Assembly: GCA_963674595.2 (NCBI GenBank)
Contig: CAXXFV010000006.1
Location: forward strand, 160,001 to 224,000
Direction of reading: 5' to 3'
Length of the DNA: 64,000 nt
From: a bacterium
GTDB taxonomy: Bacteria; Zhuqueibacterota; Zhuqueibacteria; Residuimicrobiales; Krinioviventaceae
Each line of letters starts with the position of its first letter. Position 1 is the stretch's first letter. Under the pieces are notes generated by a model that did not search any database, was not told the DNA's origin, and saw only the letters and a program-made list of their open reading frames with translations. The translations under genes and the position numbers were made by a program. Of the stretch, positions 28,601 to 37,363 are shown piece after piece.

Positions 28601-31600
28601 AAGGAAACGGCAAGCTCGACGGACAGAGTGTTTCTGTTTTAAATAAAAATACCGATGCAAACGGCATTGCCTCTGTCAGTTTTACCCTTGGTGACACTGC
28701 CGGTGTAGAAAACCAAATTGTTCAGGTTTATGTGGAGGAAATCCAAAATCAACCCATTTTGTTCAAATGTACTGCCACACATGATGTCGCAAATAAGATG
28801 GTTATTGTTTCCGGTAAAGATCAGCAGCAGAGTGCAGGTCTTCGGTTGACCAATCCATTTGTTGTTAAAGTTACGGATTCCTATGATAATCCTGTGGATG
28901 GTTATCAGGTAAAATATTCTGTAATCGCCGGAAATGGTAATTTTAGAAATAGAGACGGTTTTATTCAAACAAGTGCTGATACAACGATTTCTACTGATGA
29001 ACAGGGTTTGGCGAATATATATTATACTGCCGGAAGTATCACCGGTGAAAACCAAATTAAAGTAGATGGGCAGCCAGCTTTATCATCCGGTTCCAAGATT
29101 TTCTATCCGGATATAACAAGTGCCCCCGCATCTGATGTTGCCAAGGTTTCAGGGGATAATCCTGTCCAGCAGGCTGTTGTTAAAAGTACATTGTCAAATC
29201 CGTTTATTGTTCAGATTACGGATCCTTTTGGTAACTCTGCCGGAAGCGGTCATCAGGTTGATTTTACCGTTCTTTCCGGTGGAGGAAATTTGAGCGGAGA
29301 AACCACACTTTCAAAGTCTACAGATTCTAATGGCAGGGCCCAGGTAACATTAACATTGGGCCAAACTTCGGGTACACAAGCTGTTCAGGTTACTCTAACA
29401 GACTATCCCAATTCAAAGGTGTTCTTTTATGCTTATGCCAACCCAGGCAGTGCCGCCAAGATAAGTTCTATCACTGACCGAAATTTTTACGGCACGGCTG
29501 GTGAACATGTAGAAAGATTGGGTGTGCTTGTTACGGATATATACAACAACGCCAAACCGAATCATTCTGTTGCGTTTAATGTTAACACGAATGAAGGTCT
29601 ATTTGATGATAATAGTACTTATAAAGTAGTACAAACAGATACATTGGGCCAGGCTTTTGTTAATTTGCATCTGGGCACGGATGCCGCTGTTACCAATAGA
29701 GTCATGGCTTCCTCATCTAAAAATGCGTCTTCAGATCAATTGGACGGCAGTCCGGTTGAATTTATCGGAACAGTATTACCGGATACTGTTTTTAAAATCG
29801 TTAAATTATCCGGTGATAACCCGATACAGGGCGGACAAATCGGTACAACTTTGCCCGACTCTTTTGTTATTCAGACCAGGGACCAATATGATAACTATGT
29901 ATCAGAAGTGCTGGTCAAATTTTTAGTTGAGAGCGAAGGCGGATTAATTGGTTCTTCAACTCAATATCAAATAGAAACGGATTTTCTGGGTAAAGCTTCC
30001 GTATATTTAACCCTGGGACAAAAAACAGGAGTTAAGAGTGATACGGTATCGGTATCTGCTCCATCTTATCCTGATGTTCAAACCGTTAATTTTTACGCCA
30101 GTGCATTGGCTGGTCAGCCGGTGAAAGTTGCTGCCGTTGGCGATACAACCTGGCAATTGCAATTATTAAGTCAGCCAATTGAACTACAGCCATCTGTTTT
30201 AATCACCGATGAGTTCAATAATCCTGTTATCGGCAATAATGTTTTGTTTAAAGTTATCAAGGGAGACGGCACTGTTAACAGTCAGGATTCTGTAACAGTT
30301 CAAACGAATTCGCAAGGTATTGCCAGTGTGGACTGGCTTTTAAATGCTGATCCGGACACAAACATTGTGGTTGCTTCCGCTAAATATAATAATCAGCCCC
30401 TGAATAACTCCCCAATTGAATTTCAAGCGATTACAACTGCCGGTGAACCAACGAATATTCAAAAAGTTGATCCTGTGCCAGCCAGCGGTATTGCAAATTT
30501 GATACTGGATGACCCGTTGCAGGTCAAAGTAACCGACAGCTTTCGTCATCCCGTTATAAATCATGATGTTCAATTTGAAATAACAAATCCAGCAAGCGGT
30601 ACAAAAGGTCGTTTGGTGAATAATGGTGATTCGTCTTCTACTAATTTAACTGTTAGAACCAATAAACAAGGAATTGCCAGGGTCTATTTTATTCCGGTAG
30701 AAGGTAATAATATTATTAAAGCAACGACAAAAAATAGCAGTGATATTGTTATCGGGTCTCAATCGTTTATTATAAATGCTGAACAAAGTCCGGCTACCAC
30801 GCTTGAAATAGTTACGGATAAAATTTTAACCGTCACTGTAGGAAGCGTTATTCAGCCTGGTTTTTTAATTAAAGATGCTCAAAATAGCAATGTTGCTGAC
30901 TATCCGGTTCAGTTTAATATTCTTAATCAATCCGGTAGCTTGGGAGAATCAAATTCTCAGTGGCTTGTGAAAAATTCTGAAAACAGTGCAACGACTGTTC
31001 TATGGAATGTCAGCCAGCGTCTTGCAAAGAGCCCAAGTTTATTGCAAGTTGTCGCTCTAAATAGTCAGGGACAAAACCTGATCGGTTCACCGGATACTTT
31101 GAAAGCTTTTCTTGTTCCCGGTGCTGTTCATGCCGATTCCAGTAAAATTGAGACTTTTAATCAAGGGTCGGCTGACGGTATTACAGGAGTTGATGTTACA
31201 ATTACACTAAAGGATTTGTTTGGAAATCCAATTTCCGGCAAGAATGTATCATTGGCCTCTGAGCATGATTTTACAAGTTTTACTCAACCGGCCGATACAA
31301 CGAACATTCTCGGTGAAACAACCGGAAAAGTAAAGTCCACAAAAGCCGGAGAGTTTACATTCAAGGCGGTTGTAACCGGCGATCCGGCAACTGAAATTTG
31401 TTGTGGAACCGCTGTTTTTACGGCTGGTCTGGCTGAAAAAGTAATAATTATAAGCGGTGATAATCAAACCGGTAATGCAGGCGCTTTGCTTAAATTACCA
31501 TTCAAGGTACAAACGACTGATAATAACCTGAATCCTGTTGGAAATGCCCGTGTCAGGTTTAAAGTGATGGCCGGAAATGGTGTTTTTATCAGCAATGGTC

Positions 31601-33804
31601 TGGACACCTTATCCCAAAACACGGATTCGGAAGGCTTTGCAGAATGTTTTTACGTCTTGGGACAACAGGCAAATATAACAAATCAGGTGAATGCATCCTT
31701 AATTAGAAATAATAGCGAAATAGATGCCGACACATTCCAGTCACTTTCCAGAACTGGAATTCCGGACAGCCTGATTGTAATTTCCGGTAACAATCAGTCC
31801 GGTTCAGTTGGTGATACCCTTGATTTACCTTTCACTGTTAAAATTGTTGATGCGGATACCATTCCGGTTTGGAATGCATTGGTACAGTTTACGCCTGAAA
31901 ACAGCGGATCAATTGTAGGACAAAGTACGGTAAAAACGGATTCTTTTGGTAATGCTGCTGTTTACTATAAATTAGGATATCACAATGGCGAACAACCGGT
32001 CAGTGTTAAAGTTATCGGCACTGATTTGCAAGACACCTTTACAGCAACGGGCATCTCCGGTCCTGCGACAAATCTGCAATATTATGCCGGCGATACACAG
32101 GTTGATACGGTCGGGCAAATTTTGCCGGAACAAGTCGCTGTCCTGATTTCGGATGAGGATGAAAATCCTGTAGCTGGTGTAACGGTTGATTTTACTATCG
32201 TTGAAGGAGCAGAATATAATTGTCAGATTGTCGGGGCTTCGCAGGTTGTTTCCAATGACGAGGGCATAGCCCAGGTTTCTGTAAAACTGGGAGAAAAAAC
32301 CGGTGAGTACGGTTTTCGGGCAACATCTCCGGCCATTCAAGACCAGTCTGTATATTTTACTGCTCAGGCACAATCTGATAAAGGATATAAATTAAGCAAA
32401 GTGTCCGGTGACTTTCAATATATGACCCGGGGGCGTGAATTGGTTTATCCTGTTGTTGTTAAAGTTACTGATAAATTTGATAATAGTGTAAAAGGAGATT
32501 CCATCTCGTTTAGTGCGACTTTAAATAGTGGATCTGCGGAAAAGCAAAAATGTCCGACTGATAGTCTTGGGTTAGCCGGTGTAATGTGGACCATAGGAGG
32601 GAATGATGATAATGAACTCTGGGCGATTAAGCAGGGATTAACTCCTTCTTATCAGATATTTAGAGCGTATGGTGTTGAAAATGCTTTCCCGGAATTTAAA
32701 AGTGCTCCGCTGGATACTGTTATCGACTATACGAACGGACTTTATGAATTTCAGATTTCTGTTCAGGACGATGATAACGATCCCCTGCAATTTATTATCG
32801 AAAATATGCCTTTTGGCGCTGTTTTTGACACGGCATTGTGTACCTTTAAATGGACGCCCACAGCGCAGCAAAAAACTATCTGGAACATTAATTTTAAAGT
32901 ATATGATAATAAAACCGGGAATGAACAGGGTTTTGATGAGCAGGATATGAAAATAGAGGTTATTGGAAACTCTGCGCCTGTTATTGAGTCCTATTTTCCG
33001 ACCTCCTCATCTGTAAATATCGGCCCTGGTGATGAACAAGTATTTCAAATTACAGCTTTTGACCCGGATGATGATGACTGGTATGCCGTCTGGTATGTTG
33101 ACGGAATTGAACGGGCCAGAAACCAAACCAGTTTTACCATGACGGCTGATGAATACCCTGGTAATCATGGTGTTGAATGCGTTGTCTCTGATGAAACGGC
33201 TCAATCATCCCATGTATGGCTTTCTACTGATGTAAAGCTTGTCAGTTTTTCAGCTTCTCATGTCGCTTATCAAGGTGTTAAAGTCGAATGGGTAACCAGT
33301 CTTGAAGAAAATAATATCGGATTTAATGTTCTTCGTTCTTTAACGGAAAATGGAAAATATATCAAGATTAATGAAAATTTCATTAATTCTCGTACGGAAA
33401 AAATATATAGTTATATAGATTCTACGGCCAGTCAAAAATTGAGTTATTATTATAAACTGGTTGATATTGATAGAAATGGGCGCACCATGGAACATGGCCC
33501 GATTTTTATTCAGCCCGATTTGCCAAAAGATTTTATCGTTCATCAAAATTTCCCAAATCCGTTTAACCCGGAAACCAAAATTCGTTTTGAAACTCCGGAA
33601 ACAGAATATGTAACTATAAATATTTACAATATCACGGGACAACTGGTAAAAAGTCTTGTAAACAATACATTATTTGCCGGGTATCACGAAATTGTTTGGG
33701 ATGCTAAAGATAATTTGGGATACAATGTCGGCTCCGGTGTTTACTATTATCACATCACTGCCGGGTCCCATAAATCAGTTCGCAAAATGGTTTTGTTACG
33801 TTAG
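25693..33804 (+). CDS. Giant secreted protein: SGNH hydrolase, FN3, lectin/CBM-like modules, many Big_1-like Ig repeats and a T9SS-type/FlgD-like C-terminal domain
   Basis: Signal peptide; SGNH blocks GNSIT, GTNN and DDLHP; repeated SGDNQ..G...VxVTDxxxNPV units; C-terminal QNFPNPFNPET...SGVYYY...KMVLLR. The GGAGG at 25698 suggests a TTG 25708 start. Confidence 0.88.
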   Translation: MMEDFLSFKKGYFLPYLGLLLIITTFSSSLFAGTWKIMPIGNSITDGVGSSDGLGFRQKLYTKLNNGGVDFQFVGGDGASPYNGHFLKGAKIDVFLAGGTKDVTPALNSYQPNMVLIHLGTNNINNGAIAAGPYTNPASAAGELYELLKLVSSNQYVTKILLCKIVPRVVNGSIEDSKTDDFNAEILNLFFERPSGISYNKITIVDMNSIMGLEDYSDDDLHPDDSGYEKMAGKYYNTIKGLDVPDNTNPSKIAFQNIHVLDAEKGTVQLTWRAPGDDGYSGTSNLYELRYATFQLDNFSDGKLEADIDAPQSYNSVESKIIYGLVPGLPYHFRIRAYDEHNNAGPISDEITVQLPDVVVPEYEDDFADADAFEENWNAHPSYQVVNGELSNTSTVAGWEYLATFKHAIYNDDADYVETQLRYSFSADDEGINSTGIAMLLDDSTSTANGYLIFYRYGKINLYEIIDGEAQVNKIDSDDVDASSAPSRGDLLVVNYNPAYIGGRYFSVFVYKEDVGLLALGSVVDPGSSQGGGSSLFSGAMLFGNVDNNVDDFKVRVPALPAHNMEIYAGNGLHAKVTKKLAEPLTVKVTDVNGNGAANVPVDFTVTSGNAYLSTHPDSIQAEFNGNIWIEAEDGDLELPMIKKQDVLASENNYIVTTSDDPDVSSKATYQVYIPVSGTYTLWIRVLAPDGLSNSCFVSIRNTADREYKFNTSTSWNWGPPVNDRLSINLDRGFTTLVIRNREKGTQIDKILLTSNSSYVPTQLGKTTQRFSYISDASGYANTELTFDSEAGVVEVEAVSSVPNGSPQTFQVYADAFDPSVFVRNSNAQVPGSAGQELSEAFSVQLSDQYNNLCVGYPVDFVVQSGDGHFLGNDSVRIITDDQGIAEATLTLGFSQETIVHAVLPDFPAFAPIEFAGIIGEGIPTSITYVQGNGQTGTVHQTLSQDLQVQVLNEKSEVVANYPVPFEIIKGNGKLDGQSVSVLNKNTDANGIASVSFTLGDTAGVENQIVQVYVEEIQNQPILFKCTATHDVANKMVIVSGKDQQQSAGLRLTNPFVVKVTDSYDNPVDGYQVKYSVIAGNGNFRNRDGFIQTSADTTISTDEQGLANIYYTAGSITGENQIKVDGQPALSSGSKIFYPDITSAPASDVAKVSGDNPVQQAVVKSTLSNPFIVQITDPFGNSAGSGHQVDFTVLSGGGNLSGETTLSKSTDSNGRAQVTLTLGQTSGTQAVQVTLTDYPNSKVFFYAYANPGSAAKISSITDRNFYGTAGEHVERLGVLVTDIYNNAKPNHSVAFNVNTNEGLFDDNSTYKVVQTDTLGQAFVNLHLGTDAAVTNRVMASSSKNASSDQLDGSPVEFIGTVLPDTVFKIVKLSGDNPIQGGQIGTTLPDSFVIQTRDQYDNYVSEVLVKFLVESEGGLIGSSTQYQIETDFLGKASVYLTLGQKTGVKSDTVSVSAPSYPDVQTVNFYASALAGQPVKVAAVGDTTWQLQLLSQPIELQPSVLITDEFNNPVIGNNVLFKVIKGDGTVNSQDSVTVQTNSQGIASVDWLLNADPDTNIVVASAKYNNQPLNNSPIEFQAITTAGEPTNIQKVDPVPASGIANLILDDPLQVKVTDSFRHPVINHDVQFEITNPASGTKGRLVNNGDSSSTNLTVRTNKQGIARVYFIPVEGNNIIKATTKNSSDIVIGSQSFIINAEQSPATTLEIVTDKILTVTVGSVIQPGFLIKDAQNSNVADYPVQFNILNQSGSLGESNSQWLVKNSENSATTVLWNVSQRLAKSPSLLQVVALNSQGQNLIGSPDTLKAFLVPGAVHADSSKIETFNQGSADGITGVDVTITLKDLFGNPISGKNVSLASEHDFTSFTQPADTTNILGETTGKVKSTKAGEFTFKAVVTGDPATEICCGTAVFTAGLAEKVIIISGDNQTGNAGALLKLPFKVQTTDNNLNPVGNARVRFKVMAGNGVFISNGLDTLSQNTDSEGFAECFYVLGQQANITNQVNASLIRNNSEIDADTFQSLSRTGIPDSLIVISGNNQSGSVGDTLDLPFTVKIVDADTIPVWNALVQFTPENSGSIVGQSTVKTDSFGNAAVYYKLGYHNGEQPVSVKVIGTDLQDTFTATGISGPATNLQYYAGDTQVDTVGQILPEQVAVLISDEDENPVAGVTVDFTIVEGAEYNCQIVGASQVVSNDEGIAQVSVKLGEKTGEYGFRATSPAIQDQSVYFTAQAQSDKGYKLSKVSGDFQYMTRGRELVYPVVVKVTDKFDNSVKGDSISFSATLNSGSAEKQKCPTDSLGLAGVMWTIGGNDDNELWAIKQGLTPSYQIFRAYGVENAFPEFKSAPLDTVIDYTNGLYEFQISVQDDDNDPLQFIIENMPFGAVFDTALCTFKWTPTAQQKTIWNINFKVYDNKTGNEQGFDEQDMKIEVIGNSAPVIESYFPTSSSVNIGPGDEQVFQITAFDPDDDDWYAVWYVDGIERARNQTSFTMTADEYPGNHGVECVVSDETAQSSHVWLSTDVKLVSFSASHVAYQGVKVEWVTSLEENNIGFNVLRSLTENGKYIKINENFINSRTEKIYSYIDSTASQKLSYYYKLVDIDRNGRTMEHGPIFIQPDLPKDFIVHQNFPNPFNPETKIRFETPETEYVTINIYNITGQLVKSLVNNTLFAGYHEIVWDAKDNLGYNVGSGVYYYHITAGSHKSVRKMVLLR
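27370..32690 (+). repeat. Protein-level tandem array of invasin/intimin-like Ig domains
   Basis: Recurrent ~100-aa units (e.g. SGKDQQQSAG, SGDNPVQQA, SGDNQTGNAG, SGNNQSGSVG, AGDTQVDTVG), degenerate at DNA level; boundaries approximate. Confidence 0.75.
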
Positions 33805-33828
33805 ACAAGTGTGAAATACGTTTTTTAT

Positions 33829-33860
33829 AAAGCCTTATTTTTAAATAAGGCTTTTTTATT
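33829..33860 (+). terminator. Intrinsic terminator after the giant gene
   Basis: AAAGCCTTATTT-tt-AAATAAGGCTTT followed by a T-rich tail. Confidence 0.8.
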
Positions 33861-33888
33861 TGTAATAAAAATACTATTTTTATTACAA
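33860..33888. repeat. Perfect 29-bp palindrome (14-bp arms, 1-nt centre)
   Basis: TTGTAATAAAAATA-c-TATTTTTATTACAA. Confidence 0.9.
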
Positions 33889-33970
33889 CAAATATCGTGT
33901 TGTTCCGATATTTTACAAGCCGATCTGTTTATGTTAACTGGTATTAAAATTTTTGGGAGTATTGTTTGAG

Positions 33971-34375
33971 ATGAAAATCGATGAAATTATGACGACCAAA
34001 ATTGTTACTGTTGAGATGGACGATACATTGCAAACTATATCTGATATATTTCAACATGTTGAATTTCACCATCTTCCTGTTGTTGATAATAACAAATTAC
34101 ACGGTATTATTTCTGATCGTGACCTTCTCAAAGCAACAAGCCCCTTTTTGCATACCTTAGCTGAACAATCCAGAGATTATGCCGTGCTAAATAAAAAAGC
34201 ACATCAAATAATGACGCGTAATCCTATTACTGTTTCACCTGATACAGAAATTGATCAGGCTGTAAAAATTTTACTGGAAAATAGTGTTTCCTGTTTACCT
34301 ATTGTTGATGATAATTTCCATATTATCGGCATTGTTACATGGAAAGACCTCGTTCGTATTATTATTAAATACTGA
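33971..34375 (+). CDS. CBS-domain pair protein (AcuB-like)
   Basis: IMT..IVTV, HHLPVVD..GIISDRD, IMTRNPITV and CLPIVD..GIVT motifs. Confidence 0.9.
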   Translation: MKIDEIMTTKIVTVEMDDTLQTISDIFQHVEFHHLPVVDNNKLHGIISDRDLLKATSPFLHTLAEQSRDYAVLNKKAHQIMTRNPITVSPDTEIDQAVKILLENSVSCLPIVDDNFHIIGIVTWKDLVRIIIKY

Positions 34376-34408
34376 TTATTTTTCAATTAAAAAATACAGA
34401 GGAAGGCT

Positions 34409-36626
34409 ATGAAGATTTTTTTAACTACTTTTCTCCTGTTTATGTTATTATGGGGTATTCCTGCACATGCAGTTGAACCCTACCATGATCGTGCGTTTCC
34501 TCAGGAATATCATCAAATTTTTCAGATATCAGGCAAAGACAACTTGAACGCCTGTGCCGTTGTTGTAACCAATGACAATCGTGTTTGGGCTGCGGCTGAG
34601 GATGGTTTATATGTTCTTGCTAAAGATGAACAAATCTGGAAACCCTATGCAAATGAAAAAATTACCGGTCCGTTATTCAGTTTAATTGCGGACTCGACTG
34701 ATAATATATGGGTTGGTGCCTGGAACGGACTTTTACATATTTCCGGCGATCAGGTACGAAAAATGCCTGTTTGCGGAATTATAACCGCTATGACATTTCA
34801 TCAAAATTCCTTATATGCAGCCGGCCCGGATGGTTTTTGGCAAATTACGAACGATAAAGTTGAACAACTTGATATGCCCTTTTCGCGATCTGTTAAAAGT
34901 CTTTTATCCGATAAAAAGGGCGGTTTGTGGATTTCAACAGCGAACGGGCTTTATTATTCAAGTCCTTCGCAGTTCTATATAATTCAGGATCCTGATATAT
35001 TACCGAGTTTGAATGTTTCTGAAGCGGTTTACGATACTAATGGCAAATTGTGGGTTGCCTGTTTGGGAGGTATCGGTGTTTTGAATCACGCTCAACCCGT
35101 ACAAATGTATACAACCAAAGACGGTTTGCCGGGCGTTTACCTGAATTGTGTTGCAAAGGCGCCGGATGGAAAAATCTGGATCGGTACGGATAAGGGTGTT
35201 GTTCAAACAGATGGAAAGGACTGGTCATTGCGTCACAGTCGGCGCTGGCTTTTGAGTGATGATGTGCGGGACATTGCTTTTGATAAGCAGAGTACGGCAT
35301 GGATTGCCACATCCAAAGGAGTCAGTGCGATAAAAACAAAAAATATGACATTGGCTGATAAAGATCAATTTTTTCACCGTATTTGTATGGCACGTCACAG
35401 ACGTGAACCGGGCTTGATAGAAAAATGCCGGTTAACAACTCCCGGAGACACGACCTCATGGCAGCCCATGGATGATGATAATGACGGACAATATACCGGT
35501 ATGTATCTGGTCATGGAAAGTTACCGATTTGCCGCTACCCAGGACCCCCAGGCCAGGTTGAACGCACAAAACGCCTATAATGCTTTGGAACATTTGCAGC
35601 ATGTTACGCAAACAGACGGATTTGTTGCGAGGACTGTCATTCCAAAAGATTGGAACAGGATGGGAGACCCGAACAGAACATATACACCGCAACAGTGGGC
35701 AAAAAGCCGTGTTGAAAATCCCCGTGATAAAAAGGTAGAAAGCTTGTGGCGGTCATCCAAAGACGGGAAATGGCTGTGGAAAGGGGATACCAGCAGTGAT
35801 GAAATGACCGGTCACATGTACGGTTATTTGTTTTATTATGATCTGGTTGCAGATAAAACTGAAAAGAAACGTATTTCCAAACATGTATGCGCGATCATGG
35901 ATTATATTATTGATAACGGTTATGTTCTCACAGATATTGACGGCACCCATACGCAGTGGGGTGTTTGGTCACCGGAAAAACTTAATCATGATCCGGACTG
36001 GCAGGCAGAGCGGGGTATTAATTCTATAGAAATTCTTTCCTATTTAAAACTTGCCTATCACGTCAGCGGAGATGAAAAGTATCAGCGGGAATATAACAAG
36101 CTGTTGTATAAAGAAAATTATATAGTTAATATTCTGATTGCCAAAAGAACAAATCCTGCCTGGCGTACCCATATAGATGATGAGCTACTCGCGCTTGCAT
36201 ATCCGTGTCTTTTACTGTATGAGGATGATCCGGCGCTCCGGGAATTGTATGAAAAAAGTTTTGAGATGTGGTATGAAAATGTTAAATATGATAACAGTCC
36301 GTTTTTTGAATTTACCTATGGCGCTTTTAAAGGCAAGCTGCCCCGTTTTCAGAAAGCCATAGAATTTCTCATTGACACCCCGTTGGACCTGGTAAGATGG
36401 CAGATTGATAATTCCCAGCGTGAAGACATAAATCTTGTTCGTTTTCCTGAAATGGAAAACCTGCAATTGAACCGAATGTTTACCCATCAGCGAACGCAGT
36501 TTTTTTCGCTGGGACAGGAATCCCTGGAATGTTATAGCCGGTGACGGCGGTTATACTGAAAGCGACGGTGTTTTCTGGATGCTCCCATATTGGATGGGGC
36601 GCTATTACGGTTTTATAAAAAATTAA
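34409..36626 (+). CDS. Secreted beta-propeller plus helical-barrel protein, putative glycan-processing enzyme (frameshift at ~36480)
   Basis: Signal peptide, Reg_prop-like repeats (D..G.LW.. T..G), DNDGQYT and WKGDTSSDE. Removing one T at 36479-81 restores the C-terminus LPISERSFFRWDRNPW...LPYWMGRYYGFIKN*. Confidence 0.75.
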
Positions 36627-36653
36627 TGTGAGGAAAGATACAATACGATGCGA

Positions 36654-37363
36654 ATGGTCGATAAATACCGGTTATACTGTTGGATATGTGCAATACCTTT
36701 ATGACGAATTTTGATCGTTTTGGTGCTGAGCAGGATTTTTCGAAAACATATCGAAAGATGGGTGGAAAATTATTTGATGATGATACGATAAATAAGCTTA
36801 TTTCAAGATTATATCATGATGTTGTTGATGTTTATGACCATCAAAAAGGTATAGAAAAATTGGCTCCGCTTGATTATTTCATAAGACAGCGGCAGCAAGA
36901 GTTTGAAATTCCTGAACTGGAAATACCATTGGTCCATCAGGTTTTTGCCGAGCATGAGTGCGGGACCGTGCCACAGGAACATGTGCAGGTGATCCAGTCA
37001 TTGAGTAAAACAAACAAACTGGGAATTGTTTCCAACATTTGGGCGGATAGCGGCCGGTTTCGAAATGAGTTGATTAAGTGCGATATTGAGCAATGTTTTG
37101 ATGTGCTTGTTTTTTCTTCTGATATTGAATTTATCAAACCTTCAAAACAAATATTTGACATAACACTGCAACAGATAACCGAGTCTCCCGACCAAATTTT
37201 GTTTGTCGGTGACAGCCTGTCCCGTGATGTTGCCGGGGCACAGGCTGTTGGTTTAAGAACAGCCTGGCTAAGTTATGGCAAAGATTTTTCCGGTAATGGT
37301 TATGTAAAACCGGATTATACTATACGGGCTTTTACTGATTTGCCGAATCATGTTCCGTCATAA
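36654..37363 (+). CDS. HAD-family hydrolase (frameshift near start, ~36668)
   Basis: LLDMCNT, VSN, KP and VGDSLSRDVAGA motifs. Adding one C joins ATG 36654 (MVDKY) to PVILLDM. Confidence 0.8.

Noticed and set aside
27370-32690. CRISPR array or DNA-level repeat array
   Set aside because: The repetition is only at protein level inside an ORF. No identical spaced direct repeats or cas genes were seen in the window.
36627-36642. CRP-like site TGTGA-N6-ATACA
   Set aside because: The second half-site has two mismatches and the site coincides with an RBS in a 27-nt gap; likely chance.
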